Of a DNA stretch of 64,000 nt, positions 1-8,365 are shown piece after piece. Each line of letters begins with the position of its first letter. Positions within the stretch are counted from its first letter, which is position 1. The stretch comes from Clostridiales bacterium (GTDB taxonomy: Bacteria; Bacillota; Clostridia; Christensenellales; CAG-138), in NCBI GenBank assembly GCA_004556165.1, contig SFIR01000001.1:66336-130335 (forward strand), read 5' to 3'. The notes below the pieces were generated by a model. The model ran no database searches. It was not told where the DNA came from and saw nothing but the letters and a program-made list of their open reading frames with translations. Both the position numbers and the translations under genes were made by a program.

Positions 1-2
1 CG

Positions 3-329
3 ACTTATACGGCAAAGGATGAGGACGGCTTTGACTATACGGTAAAATATCCGGACTATTTGTCGCTGACAGGAAATCTGGCGGTGGGCTTTCCGGGAAC
101 CGATGATAACCCTTTCACCGATGGGCTTATCATATGGCCCAAATTCATGGGCGGCTATGAATATGGTGTTATGCTCAATTTCAAGGAAGAAGGCGGCAGC
201 GGATATATGTTCTATATTGACGCCCAAGGCAATGCGGTTGAAGAGGAATATCAGTCAATCGCGGATGAATACCGGGAGGTTATAAGCGAACTGATGGAGC
301 TGGCACGGAATACATGGAATCTTGATTGA
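3..329 (+). CDS. hypothetical protein, 3' part (frame open to left window edge)
   Basis: Frame 3 has no stop from nt 3 to the TGA at 327-329. The track ORF 60..329 starts at an internal TTG. No family recognised. Confidence 0.4.
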   Translation, partial: TYTAKDEDGFDYTVKYPDYLSLTGNLAVGFPGTDDNPFTDGLIIWPKFMGGYEYGVMLNFKEEGGSGYMFYIDAQGNAVEEEYQSIADEYREVISELMELARNTWNLD

Positions 330-365
330 CTGGATGTGCAGTACAGATGATTTTAGGAGGATGAA

Positions 366-1472
366 ATGAGAGTATTCGATATATACTGGTTCAATATTGC
401 GGACAAGGTGAAGTTTAAGGACACACAACCTTATCTGAAAAATATGCTCGCGGAGTTTGGATTTACCTGGTCTGACCTTGCTTTTTCAGCGCAAAATGCA
501 TCAGATGATTCTGTGATAGCAAGAATACCGGAAAAATTCCCGAAGCTGGAAAAGTATTTTCGCTCAACGAAATACGGCTCGATGTTATGCAGCTATACCG
601 ATAACCGGTTCAACGGGGAGCTTTTTGCCGAAAAGTCGGATTATGACGATATTTTTACGCTGTTCTCAAAGGTACCGCGACCGTTCAAGATATCGTCCGG
701 GCATATTCTGCTGAACGGAGTAAACTGGTTTGGAGAAGAGCCCGCTGCGCCTGTTCCGGATTGTACTTGTGAAGAAAAAGATTTATTTTATATCACAGAC
801 GCGGATTACTTTTCCAACCATATTGCCCAGCACCGCAACTATGACGATGGTCTGAAATATAACCGTGTGTCCGTTTGCATTGAGACCACAGCAGTCCCCG
901 AGCCGCGTGATTCCTCCACGGTAATCGAAAAGCTGATACCATATCTTGGCAAGCCTTACTGGTCAAGAACTCACTGTGTTTTTTCAAAGGAAGAATCCCT
1001 AAGGAACAAAGAGCTTTCGGCAAAGCATTCCGAATATATAAAAAACCTTATTAAGAATACCTTGCCGAACCCCGAAAAATACCCGTACACTATGAACGAT
1101 ACCGCTCCCATACCGCACCTTGCGGATATCCCGACTATGAAAAAAGCGTTCGCAGGAACCGGCTTCACGCACAAAAAGGGTAATCCCGGCTGGTTAGGCG
1201 AGTACGACTGCCGCGACAGCCACGGATACTTATATAAGGCGTTTGTTCAGAAGCTTTCCGCCGGGTGTTCATTCCGTGTTTGGCTTGAGATAAGCGGCTG
1301 CAACTTTAATACCGGGTATCTTGACGCACCGGATTACTGTATGAAAGAGGAAGGGGAGTCATTTCCGATAATTCGGGAATTTGCGCTGCTCTGCGCTAAA
1401 ATCCGCGACGAATACGGAGACAAGCTTGCAGCAGATTTCGGAGATACCCCCAAATGGTACTATAAATCATAA
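366..1472 (+). CDS. hypothetical protein (368 aa, soluble, no recognised family)
   Basis: Long ORF with AGGAGG at 355-360, 5 nt upstream of the ATG. No motif recognised. Confidence 0.6.
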   Translation: MRVFDIYWFNIADKVKFKDTQPYLKNMLAEFGFTWSDLAFSAQNASDDSVIARIPEKFPKLEKYFRSTKYGSMLCSYTDNRFNGELFAEKSDYDDIFTLFSKVPRPFKISSGHILLNGVNWFGEEPAAPVPDCTCEEKDLFYITDADYFSNHIAQHRNYDDGLKYNRVSVCIETTAVPEPRDSSTVIEKLIPYLGKPYWSRTHCVFSKEESLRNKELSAKHSEYIKNLIKNTLPNPEKYPYTMNDTAPIPHLADIPTMKKAFAGTGFTHKKGNPGWLGEYDCRDSHGYLYKAFVQKLSAGCSFRVWLEISGCNFNTGYLDAPDYCMKEEGESFPIIREFALLCAKIRDEYGDKLAADFGDTPKWYYKS

Positions 1473-2006
1473 AGCAAAACGGTGGAACATATCGAGCTTC
1501 AACCGTTGGAATCATTGAATTCCGGTATTGTGTAATTGGGTTATTCAAAAAATTGAATTATCTATTTCAGTAGGTGATTTGAATAATTGGGTCATTGGGA
1601 GTTATTCGATTTGCAGTTTGCGGTTATGCAGGCGAAATTGATATTTTGGAAGAAAGAAGTAGTGATGGTAATTCTATTTTCTTTTTTGTATAATGAATGT
1701 AGATGATAGCTTCCATTAAGCCGATTAGCTGCGCCGATCGAAAGGACATTTTTTTCGCTATGTGTTGTTCGTAAAAGCAATCGGCTCGGAAGCTATAAAT
1801 TGAACACATTCTTCTGCAAAACACGCCTATCCGTCAAGCAGGTTTTTTGCAAGATATTAGCGTAGATTGAAAAACTTGCTTGAAGCCCGGTACATACAAT
1901 TTACGCAGAATACCTTATTTTGACTGCGTTGATACTTACAGACTGCATCCTGAGCTTTCTGCTGCGGATGCCGATTACTTGCTGATTCTTACGGAGGAAT
2001 AGGAAA

Positions 2007-2192
2007 ATGAATAAGAGATTGTATAAATCCAATGAAAACAAGATGGTTTGCGGAGTCTGCGGCGGCATTGCCGAGTACTTCGACATCGACCCCACACTGG
2101 TGCGTCTTGGCTGGGTGCTGTTCTGTGCTCTGGGCGGCAGCGGAATTCTGGCTTACATCATAGCCGCCATTGTCATTCCCGGCAGGCCGTAA
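2007..2192 (+). CDS. PspC-domain small membrane protein
   Basis: The sequence KMVCGVCGGIAEYFDIDPTLVRLGWVLF followed by a TM segment is the PspC N-terminal domain pattern. GGAGGA RBS upstream. Confidence 0.75.
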   Translation: MNKRLYKSNENKMVCGVCGGIAEYFDIDPTLVRLGWVLFCALGGSGILAYIIAAIVIPGRP

Positions 2193-2217
2193 TACTGATG
2201 AATAGGAGGGACGATTC

Positions 2218-3132
2218 TTGAGCAACATCATTGAAATATCAAGCCTGAGCAAACGCTTCGGCGAAGTGCAGGCGGTAAACGATTTGAGCTTTCGTGTAAA
2301 AGAAGGTGAGCTGTTCGCCTTCCTTGGCATAAACGGAGCAGGCAAATCCACCACCATCAACATAATGTGCGGGCAGCTTTCCAAGGATTCGGGAACCGTT
2401 CAGCTAAGTGGCGTTGACCTGGACAGCGACCCGGACAGCATCAAAAGGAACCTGGGAGTGGTTTTTCAGAACTCCGTGCTGGATAAGGAACTGTCCGTGC
2501 AGGATAATCTCCAAAGCCGCGCAGCACTGTACGGTATTCGGGGAAAGGCTTTCCGGGAGCGTCTGGCCGAACTGGCAGGATTGCTGGAATTTGATGATTT
2601 GCTGAAGCGCACCGTGGGGAAGCTCTCAGGCGGTCAGCGGCGCAGGATTGACATTGCCCGAGCGCTGATACACAGACCCAAAATCCTGATTCTCGATGAG
2701 CCGACGACCGGCCTTGATCCCCAGACCAGAAGCACACTGTGGCAGGTTATCGGCGACCTGCGGAAAAACGAGGGCATGACGGTGTTCCTCACCACCCACT
2801 ACATGGAGGAGGCGGCAGACGCTGACTATGTAGTGATTCTGGACAGCGGTATGATTGCCGCCGAGGGAACACCCTTGGAACTGAAAAACACCTATACCGG
2901 CGATTTTATCACCGTTTATGGTGCTGAAGAATCGCAGATTAAGCAGCTCGGCGCGCCTTATGAGACGATTAGGGACGCATACAGGGTATCGGTTCCCAAC
3001 ACTGCCGCGGCAACAGAGCTGATTTTGAAATACCCGGATATCTTTCGGGATTACGAGATTACCAAGGGAAAGATGGATGATGTGTTCCTTGCGGTGACAG
3101 GCAAAAAGCTGATTGGAGGTGTGGGAAGATGA
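2218..3132 (+). CDS. ABC transporter ATP-binding protein (ABC-2/DrrA-like subfamily)
   Basis: Walker A GINGAGKST, signature LSGGQRRR, Walker B ILILDEPTTGLD. TTG start 7 nt after AGGAGGG. Confidence 0.9.
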   Translation: MSNIIEISSLSKRFGEVQAVNDLSFRVKEGELFAFLGINGAGKSTTINIMCGQLSKDSGTVQLSGVDLDSDPDSIKRNLGVVFQNSVLDKELSVQDNLQSRAALYGIRGKAFRERLAELAGLLEFDDLLKRTVGKLSGGQRRRIDIARALIHRPKILILDEPTTGLDPQTRSTLWQVIGDLRKNEGMTVFLTTHYMEEAADADYVVILDSGMIAAEGTPLELKNTYTGDFITVYGAEESQIKQLGAPYETIRDAYRVSVPNTAAATELILKYPDIFRDYEITKGKMDDVFLAVTGKKLIGGVGR

Positions 3133-4031
3133 CAGGACTTGGCGCGCTGATACGGCGCAACACGAAGCTCTACTTCAAGGACAAGGGGATGTTCTTCACC
3201 TCACTCATCACTCCTTTAATCCTGCTGGTGCTGTACGGTACCTTTTTAAGCAACGTATATGAGGAAACCTTCCGAGGCGCTCTTGAAGCGGCGGGAGCCA
3301 CGGTATCCGACAAGCTGATCGGCGGCTGCGTGGGCGGAGAGTTGGTATCCTCTCTGCTGGCGGTGAGCTGTGTAACGGTTGCCTTCTGTTCAAATCTGCT
3401 GATGGTGCAGGATAAGATTACCGGAGCTCGGCAAGATCTGACAATCGCACCGGTTCGCCCCGGTACGCTGGCGCTTGGCTACTATCTGTCCACGCTTCTA
3501 TCCACCCTGCTGATCTGCTTTGCGGCAACGGGTGTCTGCCTGGGGTATCTGGCTTATGTCGGTTGGTATCTGACCGCCGGGGATGCGGCAGCACTGCTGC
3601 TGGATGTGGTGCTGCTTGTGCTTTTCGGCACAGCGCTTTCCTCCTGCGTCAATTTCTTCCTGTCAACCAACGGGCAGGCCTCCGCAGTCGGCACCATTGT
3701 CAGCGCCGGGTACGGCTTTATCTGCGGAGCCTATATGCCGATCTCCCAATTCTCGGAGGGGCTGCAGAAGGTTATCTCCTTCCTGCCCGGTACCTACGGT
3801 ACTTCTCTGCTGCGCAACCATGCGCTGCGCGGAGTGTTTGAAGAAATGGGCGCGCAGGGCTTCCCGAGCGAGGCAGTAGAGGCGATCAAAGATAGTGTGG
3901 ACTGCAATTTGTATTTCTTTGGCAGCAAGGTGGAACTCCCCACCATGTACCTGGTGCTGATTGCGGGTATCGTGACCTTTGCCGGTCTGTATGTGCTGAT
4001 GAATATACTGTCCGGAAGGAAACGGGCATGA
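3129..4031 (+). CDS. ABC-2 type transporter permease
   Basis: ATGA overlap with the upstream ATPase gene. About 6 hydrophobic segments, ABC-2 permease-like layout. Confidence 0.8.
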   Translation: MTGLGALIRRNTKLYFKDKGMFFTSLITPLILLVLYGTFLSNVYEETFRGALEAAGATVSDKLIGGCVGGELVSSLLAVSCVTVAFCSNLLMVQDKITGARQDLTIAPVRPGTLALGYYLSTLLSTLLICFAATGVCLGYLAYVGWYLTAGDAAALLLDVVLLVLFGTALSSCVNFFLSTNGQASAVGTIVSAGYGFICGAYMPISQFSEGLQKVISFLPGTYGTSLLRNHALRGVFEEMGAQGFPSEAVEAIKDSVDCNLYFFGSKVELPTMYLVLIAGIVTFAGLYVLMNILSGRKRA

Positions 4032-4433
4032 AGAGAAAGTGGACGATCATTGGGCTTTGCGCCGCTGCATTGGTATTGCTTCTTGCTGTGGTATTCCTGC
4101 CAAGGATTTTGCCGTCCAACGGATCCCCGGTACAGCCGAAAAGTGGAAGAGGACTTTTTCTCTCTGGATATGGAGAGGCTGAACTGCACCATTGAGGAAC
4201 CCTTTTCTCTGAAAAAGGGTGATTCCGTTGATGTCAGTATAGTCCGTGTTTTGGGTGAGCTGACCATTTCCATCGGCCAGAAAGGATTTGAACCCATCTA
4301 TGAGGGCAGGAATCCGGAACTGAGCTCTTTTCGGGTTACAATTTCGGAGAACGGAGACTATTATCTTTCTGTATCCAGAAAGCAGGCAGAAGGAAGTATC
4401 TCCTTTCAAATCGACCGTTCGGAGAATAAATGA
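4028..4433 (+). pseudogene. small N-terminally anchored/exported protein, split by a frameshift at an A4 run
   Basis: The ATG at 4028 overlaps the permease stop (ATGA) and encodes MKRKWTIIGLCAAALVLLLAVVFLP..., stopping at 4193-4195 (55 aa). The rest of the protein (..KVEEDFFSLDMERLN.. to 4433) continues in the +1 frame from about 4139-4142 (AAAA). Confidence 0.55.
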
Positions 4434-4576
4434 TGCATCCGCCGTGTGAGGGAACGCCCTTATACGGTGGATTTTCACACCTATAAAACGGACACAATCA
4501 ACTTAATAATCCACCTATAGGAAAAATGGATTATCATGTCGAATTAAGTATATAAGCTGAAGAGGAGGCTGAGAGA

Positions 4577-5260
4577 ATGAAAATACTTGTTTTTAACGGA
4601 AGCCCTAAGAAGGAAGAGAGCGATACGCTCCACATCACCCGCGCATTTCTGGAGGGAATGGAGCAAACGGAGCCGCAGGAGGTCAGTATGATCCATGTCA
4701 TAGATCAGCATATTGAGTTCTGCTCCGGCTGCCTTTCCTGTATGCGAAACGGCGGTGTGTGCCGCCATAATGACGATATGCGCTTTATTCTGGAGCAGAT
4801 TCTTGCCGGCGATCTTCTGCTGTTCAGCTTTCCGCTTTACTGCTATGGAATGCCTGCCATGCTGAAAAACCTGATTGACAGAACTCTTCCATTGTCAAGC
4901 ATGGCGATGCAGAAGGTCGGTGACCGCTACGAGCATGTAGGTCAGGCGGATTTCTCCCACCTGAAATATCTGATGATCTGCGGCTGCGGATTTCCCAACA
5001 GCACGCATAATTTTGAACCCGCTGTGGCGCAGTTTAAGCTGATGTTCCCAAGCAGCCACACCATCATTACCGTTCCGGAAAGCCCCATGTTCAATGCGCC
5101 GGAGGCGGCAGCCGTTACCGTACCGAGACTGGAGCTTGTCAAAACCGCAGGAAAACAATATGCCGAATGCGGTGAGATCAACGCGGAATTACTGGCTGAG
5201 ATTTGCTCGCCGATGATTCCGGAGGAAGTCTATGCGCAGATAGTCAACGGCGAAGCATGA
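4577..5260 (+). CDS. flavodoxin-like fold NAD(P)H-dependent FMN reductase family protein
   Basis: MKILVFNGSPKKEESDT..CSGCLSCMRNGGVC..DDM..LLLFSFPLYCYGMPAMLKNLIDR is the typical pattern of this family. GAGGAGG RBS. Confidence 0.75.
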   Translation: MKILVFNGSPKKEESDTLHITRAFLEGMEQTEPQEVSMIHVIDQHIEFCSGCLSCMRNGGVCRHNDDMRFILEQILAGDLLLFSFPLYCYGMPAMLKNLIDRTLPLSSMAMQKVGDRYEHVGQADFSHLKYLMICGCGFPNSTHNFEPAVAQFKLMFPSSHTIITVPESPMFNAPEAAAVTVPRLELVKTAGKQYAECGEINAELLAEICSPMIPEEVYAQIVNGEA

Positions 5261-5301
5261 CAACGGAGCAAGAATGAGGCATCGCTGTACAGGTTGACGC
5301 A

Positions 5302-5820
5302 ATGAAAAAGATTCTTATCTCCAATCACAAACTGAATACCGCAGATGTCATTACAATGTTTCGCATTGCAGGAACAATACTGCTTGCGTTTTTGCGTCCG
5401 CTTTCGGCAGGTTTCCTCTCGGTCTATACTCTTACAGGGCTGACCGACGTGTTGGACGGATGGGTTGCGCGGAGGACAAAAACTGCCGGCGATTTCGGCG
5501 CAAAGCTGGACAGTATTGCAGATTTGTTGTTTTTCGCGGTGATGCTGATTCGGCTTTTTCCCGTCTTGCTGAAAGTGCTATCGGTACAGATTTGGTATGC
5601 GGTGGCTGGGATTCTCATTCTTCGCCTGATTGCGTATTGCGTGGCAGCAATCAAGTACCGCCGATTCGCTCCTCTGCACACATGGCTGAATAAGCTGACC
5701 GGTGGGGCAGTTTTTCTCCTGCCGTACATGATTCATCTTTCACGGGAAAGCTATGATGGAAATACAAAGTCAATCCTTCAGAATAGAATTGAACGAAGGA
5801 GTTTAAGGAGGATAAAATGA
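5302..5820 (+). CDS. CDP-alcohol phosphatidyltransferase family protein
   Basis: The motif DVLDGWVARRTKTAGDFGAKLDSIADLL matches D-x2-DG-x2-AR-x8-G-x3-D-x3-D. Multiple TM segments. Confidence 0.8.
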   Translation: MKKILISNHKLNTADVITMFRIAGTILLAFLRPLSAGFLSVYTLTGLTDVLDGWVARRTKTAGDFGAKLDSIADLLFFAVMLIRLFPVLLKVLSVQIWYAVAGILILRLIAYCVAAIKYRRFAPLHTWLNKLTGGAVFLLPYMIHLSRESYDGNTKSILQNRIERRSLRRIK

Positions 5821-6452
5821 TCTGTACATTCAACGAATCCATCCAAATCGAGGGCAGCCGTGCGTTTATCCGTATTCCGTTCAACGTATGGGAGGAAACC
5901 GGCTTAAAAGGGAATATCCCATGCCGTGTGACCATCGAAATCTACACCTTTGAATGCAAGCTCATACCCAAAGGAAACGGGAACTATCTGATTCCAATTC
6001 CGAAAAAAATCATGTCCCACCTTTCTGCGGAGGAATCATACAATGTTTTATTCGAACCCATTAGAACACTATCGCGGATCAATCATGACAGCCCCTATTC
6101 CGTGGAACATCCTATTCGAAGAATAGACGGGATCGAGGCAATACCCATACAGGCCGGCCTCTGTGGCCACTGCTGTGTTGCTATGCTGGCTGGGGTTCCT
6201 CTGGACGATGTGGTAGCTCTGATGGGAAAAGCCCATGCCTCTTGGTCTAAAGTATTGGAGGCATTGGATTATTTCGGGATTTCCTATTCAGCGAAAGCAG
6301 TTTATCCCAAAGGCAGTTCGTACCGATTGCCGACCTGCTGCATTGTTAATAACGATAACCGTTTTCTGCTTTGGTATCAGAGTTCCTTCTGCGGTGCAGC
6401 AGATGTGGATCCGAAGAAGACCATCAGCTATATTGAAGTCTACGTCGGCTGA
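5817..6452 (+). CDS. DUF1905-like N-terminal domain fused to a C39/papain-like Cys-peptidase-like domain
   Basis: The N-terminus (AFIRIPFNVWEETGLKGNIPCRVTIEIYTFECKLIPKGNGNYLIPIPKKI) resembles DUF1905. The C-terminal half (IQAGLCGHCCVAMLAGVPLDDV) resembles the Q..CG..C..M active-site stretch of C39-like peptidases. Confidence 0.45.
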   Translation: MICTFNESIQIEGSRAFIRIPFNVWEETGLKGNIPCRVTIEIYTFECKLIPKGNGNYLIPIPKKIMSHLSAEESYNVLFEPIRTLSRINHDSPYSVEHPIRRIDGIEAIPIQAGLCGHCCVAMLAGVPLDDVVALMGKAHASWSKVLEALDYFGISYSAKAVYPKGSSYRLPTCCIVNNDNRFLLWYQSSFCGAADVDPKKTISYIEVYVG

Positions 6453-6543
6453 AAACGTGAATTATCGGGCAGTCACGATAAAATGACTCTCTTGCAAAAA
6501 CGGACAGCGTAACCAACACAAAGGAGAAAGACTAACCGAGATC

Positions 6544-6882
6544 ATGGAATTCATCAAGCTGACACACGAGAATTTAGAGCGTGAGCATATCTGCTGCGCC
6601 ATCTCCAACAGCAAAGATGTGCAGGTCGTGTCAAAAAAGGCATGGCTGTCGGCTCGTCTGGATGAAGGACTTGTATTTCTCAAAGGGGACGTCCGAGGGA
6701 AATGCTTTATCGAATATATCACGGCGGAGTACGCCTGGGCACCCATTGACGCAGAAGGCTGCATGTTCATCGACTGTTTATGAGTCTCGGGGCAGTTCAT
6801 TTGGTTATTACAGTTGTCAGCAGATCGCCGCATTGTGAACCCGCAAATTAGTATTCCACAACGGGAGTTTCGAGATGATTAG
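6544..6882 (+). pseudogene. GNAT/YoaP-like N-acetyltransferase remnant (in-frame TGA, 3' truncated)
   Basis: The N-terminus (EHICCAISNSKD..KKAWLSARLDEGLVFLKGDVRGKCFIEYITAEYAWAPIDAEGCMFIDC) looks like that of the YoaP-like GNAT family. A TGA at 6781-6783 sits where the family has Trp, and VSGQF follows in frame. Similarity is then lost, with a second stop at 6880-6882. Confidence 0.5.
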
Positions 6883-7059
6883 CAACCGAACCGGTTGTGT
6901 AGGAATAGCGGTGTTTCCAGATGATGTTTCCTTAGGAAAGCAGGTGCAGAGAACCGTTCAACCAAGCTCAAAGCTGACTGAGCGAGCCTCTCAAGCTCAG
7001 ATTGCAGCATTCGGCTGTGCGTTGTGCAATACTTTTTTCGTTTGCATTACAATATTTAT

Positions 7060-7482
7060 TTAATGTCTTATTGTCGGAAAAGCATTTAATCCATTTTTAT
7101 ATACTGCACTCCGTAGCCATATGATGATTGCAGTATTGGGAACAGATGCAAACACTGCATAGAATAATGATAGATTTACATCGAAGAAAGCAACTATAAT
7201 GTACCCAATAAGTATTGAAATACAAAACAGCAGATAGAACATATATATCATTCTGTATCTGCGAAATAGCTTCCGATTCTTTTCTTTAACGCGTGAAATC
7301 AAATATGACATATTTGCAATTTCAATCAAATTTCCCTTATGCTTCAGTTCTTTGTGCCTTGCTTTGAATTCAGCGCGCCTCAATTTACCGAATGCAATGT
7401 ACCTAAGAACCCTACGCAGGCTTTCGATTATAATCACATCACCCGTCAAAAGCAATAGAATGCCTATCAGCAATTCTTTCAT
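7060..7482 (-). CDS. hypothetical membrane protein (140 aa)
   Basis: ORF with a GAGGT RBS. Three hydrophobic segments separated by a Lys/Arg-rich loop. AT-rich composition. Confidence 0.55.
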   Translation of the reverse strand: MKELLIGILLLLTGDVIIIESLRRVLRYIAFGKLRRAEFKARHKELKHKGNLIEIANMSYLISRVKEKNRKLFRRYRMIYMFYLLFCISILIGYIIVAFFDVNLSLFYAVFASVPNTAIIIWLRSAVYKNGLNAFPTIRH

Positions 7483-7678
7483 GGGTTGACCTCAAACAAC
7501 ATTGCTTTCACTCACTAAAAATTCGATTTGATAACGGAAACAGCAGATCCATATACGGAGAACATATTAAATTCTCCGGGGTGCTCACTGTTCTTTCCTA
7601 CTCATCGTAGGTGGAATAATACGCCGTGATGCCGCAGGATATGCTGTTGAGCATGCCGCTGAAATCGCGGCCATATGC

Positions 7679-8284
7679 TCAATGCTGGGGTTCATTTGTA
7701 GAACAGGGGAGTATATATGTGTAAGCATACCATCCGTCCGATAAATCCTCATAACCGTACTTGCTGACCATATCGGTCATATCGCCTTTAGTAAAAAACA
7801 ACTCCAATCGGTCAAACTCGCCCTTATCAATCTCGCTTGGGTATATCCCGGAGAAGAACACTCCCATACTACCGGTATGCTCTTCCGTGATCCCATGCAT
7901 CCAAATAACCATTTCAGGGAACTTATTGCGCAGAAGGTCTATTGCCTCTTTTGCCGAATCGCTAATTGCGAATTGTTCTCCGTCAGTTTGCCCCTCCTCG
8001 CTAAACCCCAAAAAAGTGTTGCTGCCATCACCATAGTAATCGTAATAATAAAACTTGAACGGCTTTTCCTCAGTAATGCTAAGACTTTCCTCTGCAATAA
8101 CATTGAATAATTCCCGGATGCCATCGTCGGACTTGAAAACATCCACAAATAATTCGTGTTCATAAGTGGGTGATGGTGTTTCCGCACTGTTAGAGTTTAA
8201 GTTTTCACTGTTACCGTTTCCGGCCGTACATGCAGACAACAGCATCGTAAAGATAAGCAAGAAAAACAATATTAGTTTTTTCAT
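7679..8284 (-). CDS. hypothetical lipoprotein
   Basis: The internal ATG at 8284 is preceded by GGGAGA. Signal peptide with lipobox MKKLILFFLLIFTMLLSAC. The track ORF extends to 8362 only because the upstream frame is open. Confidence 0.6.
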   Translation of the reverse strand: MKKLILFFLLIFTMLLSACTAGNGNSENLNSNSAETPSPTYEHELFVDVFKSDDGIRELFNVIAEESLSITEEKPFKFYYYDYYGDGSNTFLGFSEEGQTDGEQFAISDSAKEAIDLLRNKFPEMVIWMHGITEEHTGSMGVFFSGIYPSEIDKGEFDRLELFFTKGDMTDMVSKYGYEDLSDGWYAYTYILPCSTNEPQH

Positions 8285-8365
8285 AAATCGTTTCTCCCTT
8301 CGCATTTTGATTATGGATATACTTGCTACCGCCGCCCTCAACGCAGGCGATAACCCCTGCAATAA

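Noticed and set aside
6781-6783. Possible TGA-as-Trp recoding in the YoaP-like gene
   Set aside because: Many unambiguous genes in the window terminate at TGA (for example 3132, 4031 and 16228). The sequence also loses similarity shortly after the TGA and is 3'-truncated. A pseudogene is the simpler explanation.
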